Of a stretch of DNA of 64,000 nt, positions 39,304 to 47,312 are shown piece by piece. How positions within the stretch are numbered: the first letter of the stretch is position 1; the number at the start of each line of letters is the position of its first letter. Location of the stretch: positions 181,451-245,450 of the forward strand of contig JAZKFH010000009.1 of the NCBI GenBank assembly GCA_040386535.1, written 5' to 3'. The DNA comes from Myxococcota bacterium. Lineage in GTDB: Bacteria; Myxococcota_A; UBA796; SXON01. A program made the translations under genes and the position numbers. The notes under the pieces were generated by a model that made no database searches, had not been told where the DNA came from, and saw only the letters and a program-made list of their open reading frames with translations.

Positions 39304-40217
39304 TGCTCTTCCTCGGCAATTCCTACACGTTCATGGGCGCCCTCGACGAGGCGGTGGTCGGGGTCTTCGCGGCCGCGGGCGACGAGGTCGCCGCCGAGCG
39401 CCTTGCCGAGCCCGGGTGGACGTTCGCCCAGCACGTCGGCGCAATCGAGACCGACGGGAGCGCGTGGCAGGTCGCGTTCGAGGAGCCGCGGGCCTGGGTC
39501 TTCCTGCAGGAGCAGAGCCAGATCCCGGGCTTCCCCGAGGGGCAGGCCGATCTCGTGGCGAGCCGCGAGGCGGCCGTGACGCTCGACGGCTACGCGGCGA
39601 GCACCGGCGCGCAGACGATGTTCCTGATGACATGGGGCCGGCGCGCGGGCGACGACCAGAACCCCGACACCTACCCGGACTTCGAGACCATGCAGGCCGC
39701 GCTCACGGCCGGGTACCTCGACTACGTGGCCCGCGCCTCGGAGGACGGCTCGGACGCGTGGGTCGCGCCCGTGGGCCTCGCGTGGGCGCGGGTCTACGAC
39801 GACGTGGTGGCCGGCGGCCTCGATCCGCTCGACCCCACCAGCCCCTTCTACGGCTTGTACATCGACGACGGCAGCCACCCGTCCCAACGCGGGACCTACC
39901 TCGCCGCGTGTGTCATCTACACCAGCCTCACGGGGGAGTCTCCCGTCGGCTTCGACGCGCCCGAGGCCGTGCCGGACGCCGCGTACCTGCAAGCGGTGGC
40001 GGCCGCGGTGGTGTTGGAAGGGGAGGGGCTCGCGTATCCGTGGCAGGTAGGCGGGGACACCGGTGACACGGACGTACCAGGGGATCCGGAGGACACAGGC
40101 GCCGACGCGGCCGAGGGCGGCGGGTGCGGATGCGACTCGACCGCCAACGGCGTGGCGGGCTGGATCCTGGGGCTGGGGATCGTCGTGAGCGTGGGGCGTC
40201 GTCGCGCGGCTCGCTGA
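39303..40217 (+). CDS. SGNH/GDSL-like hydrolase (DUF4886-like) with MYXO-CTERM-like tail
   Basis: LFLGNSYT, VFLQEQS, MTWGR, APVGLAW, DGSHPS; C-terminal GGGCGC + TM + RRRAAR. Confidence 0.82.
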   Translation: MLFLGNSYTFMGALDEAVVGVFAAAGDEVAAERLAEPGWTFAQHVGAIETDGSAWQVAFEEPRAWVFLQEQSQIPGFPEGQADLVASREAAVTLDGYAASTGAQTMFLMTWGRRAGDDQNPDTYPDFETMQAALTAGYLDYVARASEDGSDAWVAPVGLAWARVYDDVVAGGLDPLDPTSPFYGLYIDDGSHPSQRGTYLAACVIYTSLTGESPVGFDAPEAVPDAAYLQAVAAAVVLEGEGLAYPWQVGGDTGDTDVPGDPEDTGADAAEGGGCGCDSTANGVAGWILGLGIVVSVGRRRAAR

Positions 40218-40225
40218 GACTCGGA

Positions 40226-40651
40226 CTACGCCTCTACGATCTCACACAGTCCGGTGCTCTCGTTGCACTCGGCGCGAAACTCCTCGGCGGGCGCGCACAG
40301 AACGTCGTCCCGGCAGTCGCCGCAGGCCGCGGCGTCCCGCTCCGCGGTGAGGTCCGCGGCCGCCTCGGCCAGGGGGGCGAGGTCCGCTCCGACCGGAAAG
40401 GCCTCGGCGCAGTGGAACCGCGCGAAACAGCTGTTCGGACCGACGAGCTCGGAGAAGTCCATCACCTCGCACCCGACCTCGACGGTGCACGCCTGGTAGG
40501 GCTCCGGGAGGTCGGCGGCCCGGTCCTGGATCGTGTCGCACGTGTCTTCGGCGGTGTCGGAAGACGTGTCGGACGGTGTGTCGTCCGTGTCCTCGGTCTC
40601 GGGAGCCGGACAGCCGGTGAGCAGGAGGAACGTGAGGGCGAAGCGGTACAT
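40226..40651 (-). CDS. Cys-rich hypothetical lipoprotein
   Basis: LLTGC lipobox; DTDDT linker; many Cys residues. Confidence 0.7.
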   Translation of the reverse strand: MYRFALTFLLLTGCPAPETEDTDDTPSDTSSDTAEDTCDTIQDRAADLPEPYQACTVEVGCEVMDFSELVGPNSCFARFHCAEAFPVGADLAPLAEAAADLTAERDAAACGDCRDDVLCAPAEEFRAECNESTGLCEIVEA

Positions 40652-40760
40652 CAGGGTCCGGGTGATGCATTCCCTATAGTCGCGCAACCGCCCGTTCGTC
40701 GCCGTGGGGAGGGCGGAAGGGTCGAGCGCATTGGCCCACGCGTGTGCAGAACCGCGAGTG

Positions 40761-41285
40761 TCAGCCCCCGGCCACCCACTCCTTGCCATCCCACCGGTAC
40801 GACACCGTGTACGCCTCGTCGTCCGCGGGGGCGACGTCCCGCGTGATCGTGCCGTCCTTGAACGTGAACTTCTCGTCCCACTTCTCGTCACGATCGAGGT
40901 CGACCTTGACGCGGTTGGCGGTGGGCGAGCCCGGGTCCTGGTACACGTTGACCTTGAAGGGCTTGCCCTTGCTCACGTCCTTGAGCTTGTCCGACCCGAT
41001 GTCGCGGCCCACGTAGCTGAACACGGTGATGTCGATCTCGCGGGTGCCATGCGCCGTGGGGGCCGCGGCAGCCGCCGCCGGGGGCACCTCGGGGACGGCG
41101 TCGACGGCGGCCGTCGGGGTGGGCTCGGCCGGCACGGGGGCGACGGGCGTCAACGACAGGGTCGCTTGCGGCGGGGGCGCGGGCTCCATCGTGTAGGTCG
41201 CGAACGCGAAGCCCGCGACACCACACACGCCGCCGACCACGAGGGCGGTCAGGAACGTGGTGAGCCTCATCTTGCCAGCAAACAT
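40761..41285 (-). CDS. Membrane-anchored hypothetical protein with Pro/Ala linker and DxDxD-containing C-terminal domain
   Basis: TGATG coupling to the radical SAM gene; N-terminal TM; KVNVYQD...NRVKVDLDRDEKWDEKF. Confidence 0.72.
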   Translation of the reverse strand: MFAGKMRLTTFLTALVVGGVCGVAGFAFATYTMEPAPPPQATLSLTPVAPVPAEPTPTAAVDAVPEVPPAAAAAAPTAHGTREIDITVFSYVGRDIGSDKLKDVSKGKPFKVNVYQDPGSPTANRVKVDLDRDEKWDEKFTFKDGTITRDVAPADDEAYTVSYRWDGKEWVAGG

Positions 41286-42118
41286 CAGGAGCCTCCGCGC
41301 ACCATCCCGCGTTCGCGCGGGACCGTGCAGTTGCAGTAGGTATACCGGCACGGCTCCGCGGCAAAGCGCGGACGGAAGGTGCCGTCGAGCAGGTTGCCGA
41401 GCCGCTCGGCCCGGACGCGTCGCGACGGGTAGCAACGAAAGGCGTCGCCGCGGTCGTCCACGATGAAGTAGCGGGCGCCCGCCCAGCAGGGCCGCCCCTC
41501 GAAGTCGGGGGCGATCTCGCCGGTGCCGTTGTGGCCGCCGAGCGCTTCGAGCACGTCGCGCTCGTCGGCGCCGTAGTCGATGACCTCGCGGTCCTGCTTC
41601 TCGGGCTGCACCTTGAAGGTGAGGGGCGCGAACGCCGCGCGCAGCTCCGCGAGGCGCGGCAGGTTGGCTCGCGTGGCGACACAAGTGACACACAGCCGGC
41701 CCGCGTGCGCGGCGGCGAGGCGGGCCGCCTTCGCGCGGAAGGCCTCGGGATCGGCGTACTCGAGGTGCAGCGACGCGGAGATGACCCCCGGGCGCGCGGC
41801 GGTGAGCGCGGCGAAACGCAGCAGGGTGTCCTCCTTGGCCGAGAGGTTGGTCACCACGCTCACCCGCCGCCCCTGTGTCACCAACGCTTCGACCAACCCG
41901 AGAAACCCGGGGTGTCGAAAGGGCTCGCCGCCCGAAAGTTTGATCTCCCAGTCTCCGGGCAGGCGCGCGAACGCGGCCACGAAGGCGGGGAGATCGTTGG
42001 CCCACCGCGAGCGGTCGTCGAGGAACCGTTGGGTGCAGTACGTGCAGCGGTAGTTGCACGTGGTGTTCATGTTCCACGAGACCACCCCTTCGAGGGGGTA
42101 GGGCAGGGCCGCGGTCAC
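41285..42118 (-). CDS. Radical SAM protein with twitch/SPASM-like C-terminus
   Basis: CNYRCTYC, LSGGEPF, VTNLS, ASLHLE; CWAG..YFIVDDRG..RC...CRYTYCNC. Confidence 0.92.
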   Translation of the reverse strand: MTAALPYPLEGVVSWNMNTTCNYRCTYCTQRFLDDRSRWANDLPAFVAAFARLPGDWEIKLSGGEPFRHPGFLGLVEALVTQGRRVSVVTNLSAKEDTLLRFAALTAARPGVISASLHLEYADPEAFRAKAARLAAAHAGRLCVTCVATRANLPRLAELRAAFAPLTFKVQPEKQDREVIDYGADERDVLEALGGHNGTGEIAPDFEGRPCWAGARYFIVDDRGDAFRCYPSRRVRAERLGNLLDGTFRPRFAAEPCRYTYCNCTVPRERGMVRGGS

Positions 42119-43005
42119 GCGTCGAGCTCACGCGAGGGGCCGATGCCCTCGATCATGCCGCGGTTGGCGGGCACGGTGCAGGGGCAGATGTCCCAGGGGC
42201 AGAGGGCCGGGGTGTCGCGGAGGCGGAGCGTGCCGTCGAAAAGGTTGCCGAGCCGCCCCGCGCCGTGCCGCTTGGCCGTGCGGCAGGACCACGCGGCGCC
42301 GTCCTTGTCGACGGTGAAGTAGTCCACGCCGGACCAGCAGCGGCGACCGCGGTAGCTCGGCGCGAGGTTGGCCTCGCGGGGCCCGGGCGTGTCTCCGAGC
42401 AGGGCGCGGAGCGCGGCGGCGTCGGGATAGTCGGCCACGCCACCCTTGGTCTTGTACAGCTGGGGAAACCAACGCAAGCCGGCGGCCTCGACCGTGGCCT
42501 TGCACGCGCCCGCCTCGGCCTCCCGCCCGGGGAACACCACCTGGTTCACGACGAACCGCACGCCGGGATCCAACGTGTCGACGAGCGCGCGGGCCTTCTC
42601 CACGAACGCGCCCACCGTCACGAACTCGAGGTGCAGCGACGCCGAGAAGACGTGGAGGCGGCCGCGGGTCAGGGCGACGAACCGGGCGAGCTCCGCGGCG
42701 GACGCCGACAAGTTGGTCAGCACCGAGAGGGTGTGCGGCGTACGGTCCATCAGCCCGGGGACGATCCGGTCGAGGAAGAGGGGGTGGGCGAACGCCTCGC
42801 CGCCCGAACACTTGATCTCCCAGGCGCCGGGGAGGGCGGCGAACGTGTCGATGGCACGGTCCACCTGGGCCGCGTCGGGGCGGCCGCGCCGATACTTGGG
42901 AGATTGGATACAATACGAACAGTCGTAGTTGCACGCCCCGGCAACCTGCCACTCGATGGTGCGTTCGTGGCCGCTCGTGGCCCCGCTCGTGGGGGAGACG
43001 GTCAC
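42115..43005 (-). CDS. Radical SAM protein, paralog of the 41285-42118 gene
   Basis: CNYDCSYC, CSGGEAF, LTNLS, ASLHLE; CWSG..YFTVDKDG..SC...CPWDICPC. Confidence 0.92.
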   Translation of the reverse strand: MTVSPTSGATSGHERTIEWQVAGACNYDCSYCIQSPKYRRGRPDAAQVDRAIDTFAALPGAWEIKCSGGEAFAHPLFLDRIVPGLMDRTPHTLSVLTNLSASAAELARFVALTRGRLHVFSASLHLEFVTVGAFVEKARALVDTLDPGVRFVVNQVVFPGREAEAGACKATVEAAGLRWFPQLYKTKGGVADYPDAAALRALLGDTPGPREANLAPSYRGRRCWSGVDYFTVDKDGAAWSCRTAKRHGAGRLGNLFDGTLRLRDTPALCPWDICPCTVPANRGMIEGIGPSRELDA

Positions 43006-44036
43006 GCCGATTCCGCGAGGCGCGCCGCCCACTTCACGTTCTGTTCGAACTTGCCGCACCGCTCGCAGCCGCGCAGAAAGTGCCCCGCGCCAAGCGTGTG
43101 TCGCAGCGCCTGCCACTTGGGTCCTTCCCACAACGCGGCGAGCTCGGTGTCACGCAGGCTGCCGACCTTCACCTCGGTGTTGCAACAGTAGAGCACCTCC
43201 TCGTCGACCGTCACGCGGGTGTAGACGTACCCCATCCAGCACCCCACCTCCGCGATCGGCACGGTGACGAGGCCGCCGGGGCGCACCTGGCGCTCGAACA
43301 GGTCGAGGTTCGTCGGCACGCTCCATTGTTCGGCGAGCCGCCGCGCCTCGGGGATCCCCTCCGCGAGCAGCCACGCGCGTTGGTCCTCGGTGATGGCACA
43401 CGCCTCCGTTCCGTCCGCGAGGCTGGCGAGCTTGAAGTTGACACGATCCGCGCCGAACAGCCGGCCGAACCGCACCATCTCGGGCACCTCGGAGGCGGTG
43501 TCGCGGTTGATGACGTGCACGTGTCGCACCCGCGCGTTCGACCGCCCGAGCGCCCGCAGGTGCGCGCACATCTTGAAGAAGTGGTCCTCCGTCCAGCCCG
43601 GGTGGAACGCCATGTGGCTCGTGGGCGTCGCGCCCTGCACGCCTACCAACACCTGGTCGATCCCGATGGGCGCGAGGCGATCGATGTCGGCCGCGACGAG
43701 GTTCGTCATGAGCGTGAGGCCCCACCCGCGCGCCTTGACCGCCGCCAACATCTCGTAGATGTCGGGGTGGGTGAGCGGCTCGCCCATCCCGGAGACGACG
43801 ACGGACTGCACCGAGCCGAGCGCTTCGAGCGCGTCGAGCAGGGCGTAGAAGCGGGCGGCCGGCAAGCGGCGCCGCTTCCAGTCGTTCGGGCGCGCGGTGG
43901 CGAGCAGCGGCGAGTGGTCCCAACACGTGACACACGCGGCGTTGCAGGTGTTCGTCACGTCGATGTGCACGTGCAGCGGCCCGGTGGCGGGGCGGCCTGC
44001 GCGCATGCCGGCGAGGACGGTGTCGACGTTCTTCAT
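43002..44036 (-). CDS. Radical SAM/SPASM-twitch domain protein
   Basis: TNTCNAACVTC, SGMGEPLTHP, MTN; CWMGY...YCC..VGSL..LW...CERC. Confidence 0.92.
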   Translation of the reverse strand: MKNVDTVLAGMRAGRPATGPLHVHIDVTNTCNAACVTCWDHSPLLATARPNDWKRRRLPAARFYALLDALEALGSVQSVVVSGMGEPLTHPDIYEMLAAVKARGWGLTLMTNLVAADIDRLAPIGIDQVLVGVQGATPTSHMAFHPGWTEDHFFKMCAHLRALGRSNARVRHVHVINRDTASEVPEMVRFGRLFGADRVNFKLASLADGTEACAITEDQRAWLLAEGIPEARRLAEQWSVPTNLDLFERQVRPGGLVTVPIAEVGCWMGYVYTRVTVDEEVLYCCNTEVKVGSLRDTELAALWEGPKWQALRHTLGAGHFLRGCERCGKFEQNVKWAARLAESA

Positions 44037-44060
44037 GCGTGCCGCGGGGTGCTGCGGAGC

Positions 44061-45635
44061 CTACTTCATCCGCATGACCTCGGCGAGCGGCCGCGCGCCC
44101 CCGCCTTCGAGCGCGTGGAGCCGCTTGAGCGCCTCGTAGGGATCCTCCGCGTCGCCGAGCCACGGCACGAGATCCGTGGCGAACGCCGTGAGCGCGTACT
44201 CCCGCTGCGTCGGGAGCGCGCGCAGCAGCGAGAGGACGCCCATCCAGTCCGACCACGCCGCGAACGCGGGGAACAGGGTGACACACGCCGCGAGCAGGTC
44301 GACCGGGCCGGCCGCGGGGAAGCGCCGCGCGAGCGTTTCGGCGACCGGGAGGGCCTGGGCGACGCGGACGCCGTTCGCCTCGCACGTGGCGACGAAGCGG
44401 GGCACGGAGGCCCCGGGGGCCGCGCGCAGGTCGGGCACGTCGACGCCGCGGTCGCGCAGGTCCGCGAGGACCGCACGGCGGCGGCTCGTCACGGAAGGCG
44501 GCTCGGCGCCGAAGAGGCGGAGCAGCGCCAGGGCGCTCTCGTCGTCAATCCCCTTGTTGCCGAGGCGGGCGCCGAGGAGGGCGCCGAGCGTCTCGTCGTC
44601 CCAGCGCGCGAGGGCGGCGGCGACGTCGGCCGGATCGAGGGCGAGGGAGAGCACGGCGGCGGCGGCGGCGCGGGCGCCGTTCTGTCCGGCGGGCGCGACG
44701 GGCGCGAGCGCGGCGAGCAGATCGGGCACGTCTTCGAGGCGGCGGGCGACAGGCCCGAGGGCGGAGGCCAGCGCGCGGGCGCCTTGATCGTCAGCGAGCT
44801 TCTCCTGCGGCAGGAACACCGTGGGGATGCCGACGAAGCGCAGCTCGTGCACGCTGTTGTAGCCCCCGGCAGACACTGCCACGTCCGCGGCCGGGAGCAG
44901 CTCCACGCTGGCATAACGGTCGAGCCACGTGATGCCGTCGCCGCGCCGCTCGGGCCCCACGTAGAGCGGCCCCGCGGCCACGACGACGTGCCAGCCCGCC
45001 GCGCGCACCAGGTCCACGACGCGCGGCAGCACCGTGGTCGTGCTCGGATCGCCCCCGCCGCCCAGCGCCACCCAACACACGCGCTTCCCGTCGGGAACGC
45101 CGAGGGCGGCACGCGCGGCGGCATGCGAATGCAGCTCCGGGCGCTCCCGCAACAGGATGGGCGAGGCCACCTCGTCGGGCACGATGACGCGATCGTAGAG
45201 CGGCAGCAGCGCGTCGAACGCGGCCTCCTTGGCGGCCTCGGGCTTCATCGCGCGGCGCACGAGGACCCGCCTGCGGACGAGCTCCAGGGCCGCCGCGAGC
45301 TCGCCGAAGCTGCCCGCCGGGAACGTGTCCACCACGAGCACGTCGGGCTGGAGCGTCGTGACCGCCTGCAACACCCAGCCGCGCGCGACGGCGAGGTAGC
45401 GCGCGGGTTCGAGCCCCGCGTCCCGCATCGACGACTTCGACGGGATCTTGATCGACGGGATGCCCTCGCGCCGCGCGAGCGTGTCGGCCTCGGACGACGT
45501 GAGCACCCAACACTCCGCCTTCACCCCGGCGGTCTGCGCGAGGCGCCGCACCCAGCGGAGGATGGCGAGCTGCCGGGTCAGGTGCCCCATGCCGCGGCCG
45601 TTGATGGCGTAGCCGAGGACGCGGACGGTCTTCAT
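44061..45635 (-). CDS. GT-B glycosyltransferase (GT28 C-terminal-like) with extra C-terminal helical domain
   Basis: NGRGMGHLTR, DVLVVDTFP, VALGGGG, AVSAGGYNSVHE, PTVFLP, DDQ..RA. Confidence 0.85.
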   Translation of the reverse strand: MKTVRVLGYAINGRGMGHLTRQLAILRWVRRLAQTAGVKAECWVLTSSEADTLARREGIPSIKIPSKSSMRDAGLEPARYLAVARGWVLQAVTTLQPDVLVVDTFPAGSFGELAAALELVRRRVLVRRAMKPEAAKEAAFDALLPLYDRVIVPDEVASPILLRERPELHSHAAARAALGVPDGKRVCWVALGGGGDPSTTTVLPRVVDLVRAAGWHVVVAAGPLYVGPERRGDGITWLDRYASVELLPAADVAVSAGGYNSVHELRFVGIPTVFLPQEKLADDQGARALASALGPVARRLEDVPDLLAALAPVAPAGQNGARAAAAAVLSLALDPADVAAALARWDDETLGALLGARLGNKGIDDESALALLRLFGAEPPSVTSRRRAVLADLRDRGVDVPDLRAAPGASVPRFVATCEANGVRVAQALPVAETLARRFPAAGPVDLLAACVTLFPAFAAWSDWMGVLSLLRALPTQREYALTAFATDLVPWLGDAEDPYEALKRLHALEGGGARPLAEVMRMK

Positions 45636-45729
45636 GGGCGGCGATGTATCGCGGGCGAGGGGATGGTCCGGATGTGTCACGGCTTGGAGGTGGGTCGAGC
45701 CCAGCGGATAGAGCCGTTTGGAGCCAGGG

Positions 45730-46158
45730 ATGTGGATGTTCGGCAAGCCGTGGAGCCCGAGAGACATCGGCTGTGGCCTCGCGCTGTTCGTCGTGTTCGC
45801 CGGGTTCACCATGGTGTGCCTCGCGCCGGTCAGCGGGCCGTCGCTCGACAATGCATACGTCGAGGCCAACCGCATCCCGCTGGTCAAGCTCGCGCAAGCG
45901 CTCGATGCCCATGTGCTGGACGCCGCGACACCCTTGCCCGCCTCTCCCGCGGACCTTCCGCGCGGGATCGTCCCCGACGGAACGACGGATGTCTGGGGCA
46001 ACGCCCTCCTGTTCTTCCCGGCCTGTACCGCCGGCCGATGGTCCTACCGACTCCTGTCGCTCGGCCAGGACGGTAAACCCGGCGGCGACGCCCTGAACGC
46101 CGACCTCGAATACGACGGACCGCGCCCGGCCGACCTCGTCGTGGCCTGCCCGCGCTGA
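45730..46158 (+). CDS. GspG/T2SSG C-terminal-domain protein (pseudopilin-like, orphan)
   Basis: N-terminal hydrophobic helix; DVWGN, YRLLSLGQDGKPGG, NADL. Confidence 0.7.
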   Translation: MWMFGKPWSPRDIGCGLALFVVFAGFTMVCLAPVSGPSLDNAYVEANRIPLVKLAQALDAHVLDAATPLPASPADLPRGIVPDGTTDVWGNALLFFPACTAGRWSYRLLSLGQDGKPGGDALNADLEYDGPRPADLVVACPR

Positions 46159-46263
46159 CGAGGTGGCGTCGTCGTGCACGTCTCCCATGGTCGGCGCGCC
46201 TGCGAACGGCTACACGGCCGGGGCCCGGCATCCCCTGGCGGATGGCGAGGCGCGGAGGCAGGC

Positions 46264-47259
46264 GTGGCGCGGATCCTGGTGATTGGGGTGGGGCAGATCG
46301 GGTCGGAGCTCGGGCCGGCGTTGGTGGCGCAGGGGCACGAAGTCGTGCTCGCCGACCGGCTTCCGCCGGAGGAGACCGCCGGGTGGGACGTGCTGGAGAA
46401 GGGCCTCGGGGCCGAGGGCGTGCGGAGCCGCTGGCAGCGGCTCGACGTGCTCGACACCCCCGCGCTCACCGGGCTCATCCGCGAGCTGCGCCCCGACGTG
46501 ACCTACCACCTCGCCGCGCTCCTCTCGGCCACCGGCGAGAAGGACCCCGACCTCTGCTGGCGCATCAACGTCGACACGACGCGCGAGGTCATGAGCACGC
46601 TCTCGAAGCTCGGCGCCCCCGTGGCGCCGCGGCTCGTCGTGCCCTCGTCCATCGCCGCGTTCGGCCCGCTCCCCGGCCAGTCGGAGACCCCCGCGGTCAC
46701 CCCCGACGTGTACCCGATGCTGCCGACATCGATGTACGGCATCACCAAGGTCGTGAACGAGCTGCTCGGCAGCTACGCCGCGGCGAAGCAGGGCGTCGAC
46801 TTCCGCGGCATCCGCTTCCCCGGCCTGCTCAACACCGCGCCTCCGGGCGGCGGCTCGTCCGACTTCGCGAACCTGATGTACTTCGCGGCGGCCGAGGGCA
46901 AGCGTGACGTGCAGGTGTTCTGCCGGCCCGACACCACCATCCCGTTCATGTACATGCCCGACGCCGTGCGCGCGATCATCGGCCTCGCCGAGGCGCCGGC
47001 CGCGAAGCTCTCGCGCCGCACCTACAACGTCGCGTCCATGTCGCCCTCGGCGGCGGACATCGCGGCGGCCCTCGCCGAACGGGTCGGCCCCTTCACCGTC
47101 CGCTACGTGCCCGACTTCCGCCAGGCCATCCTCGACTCGTGGCCCCGCGCCCTCGAAGATGCCCCCGCCCGCGCCGATTGGGGCTGGGCGCCCGAGTGGG
47201 ACCTCGCGGCGATGACCGACGACCTGCTCGCGCAGCTCGGGTGGAAGGCGCAGGGCTGA
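46264..47259 (+). CDS. NAD-dependent epimerase family protein, likely SDR-type L-threonine 3-dehydrogenase
   Basis: GVGQIGSEL, YHLAALLSATGE, PSSIAAFG, MYGITK, DFRGIRFPG, PGGG, RQAILDSWP. Confidence 0.85.
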   Translation: MARILVIGVGQIGSELGPALVAQGHEVVLADRLPPEETAGWDVLEKGLGAEGVRSRWQRLDVLDTPALTGLIRELRPDVTYHLAALLSATGEKDPDLCWRINVDTTREVMSTLSKLGAPVAPRLVVPSSIAAFGPLPGQSETPAVTPDVYPMLPTSMYGITKVVNELLGSYAAAKQGVDFRGIRFPGLLNTAPPGGGSSDFANLMYFAAAEGKRDVQVFCRPDTTIPFMYMPDAVRAIIGLAEAPAAKLSRRTYNVASMSPSAADIAAALAERVGPFTVRYVPDFRQAILDSWPRALEDAPARADWGWAPEWDLAAMTDDLLAQLGWKAQG

Positions 47260-47265
47260 CGCCTT

Positions 47266-47312
47266 CCGGTGATACATCCGGCGATACACGCTGATACACG
47301 GGTGATACATCG
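47266..47312 (+). promoter_or_regulatory. Four phased GATACA direct repeats
   Basis: GATACA at 47271, 47283, 47293 and 47304; same core as the 36233-36270 repeats. Confidence 0.55.

Noticed and set aside
40226..40651. Cys-rich ORF as a RiPP precursor for the rSAM cluster
   Set aside because: It has a signal peptide and lipobox, is 141 aa, and is separated by about 110 bp; more likely a disulfide-bonded lipoprotein
41285..43005. Calling the paired radical SAMs prokaryotic viperins
   Set aside because: They lack the viperin N-(W/Y)-H and K-x-N-F motifs and carry a Cys-rich tail that viperins do not have; the resemblance is only generic
45636..46001. N-terminal extension of the glycosyltransferase
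   Set aside because: Overlaps the opposite-strand GspG-like gene; GT motifs begin at MKTVRVLGYAING
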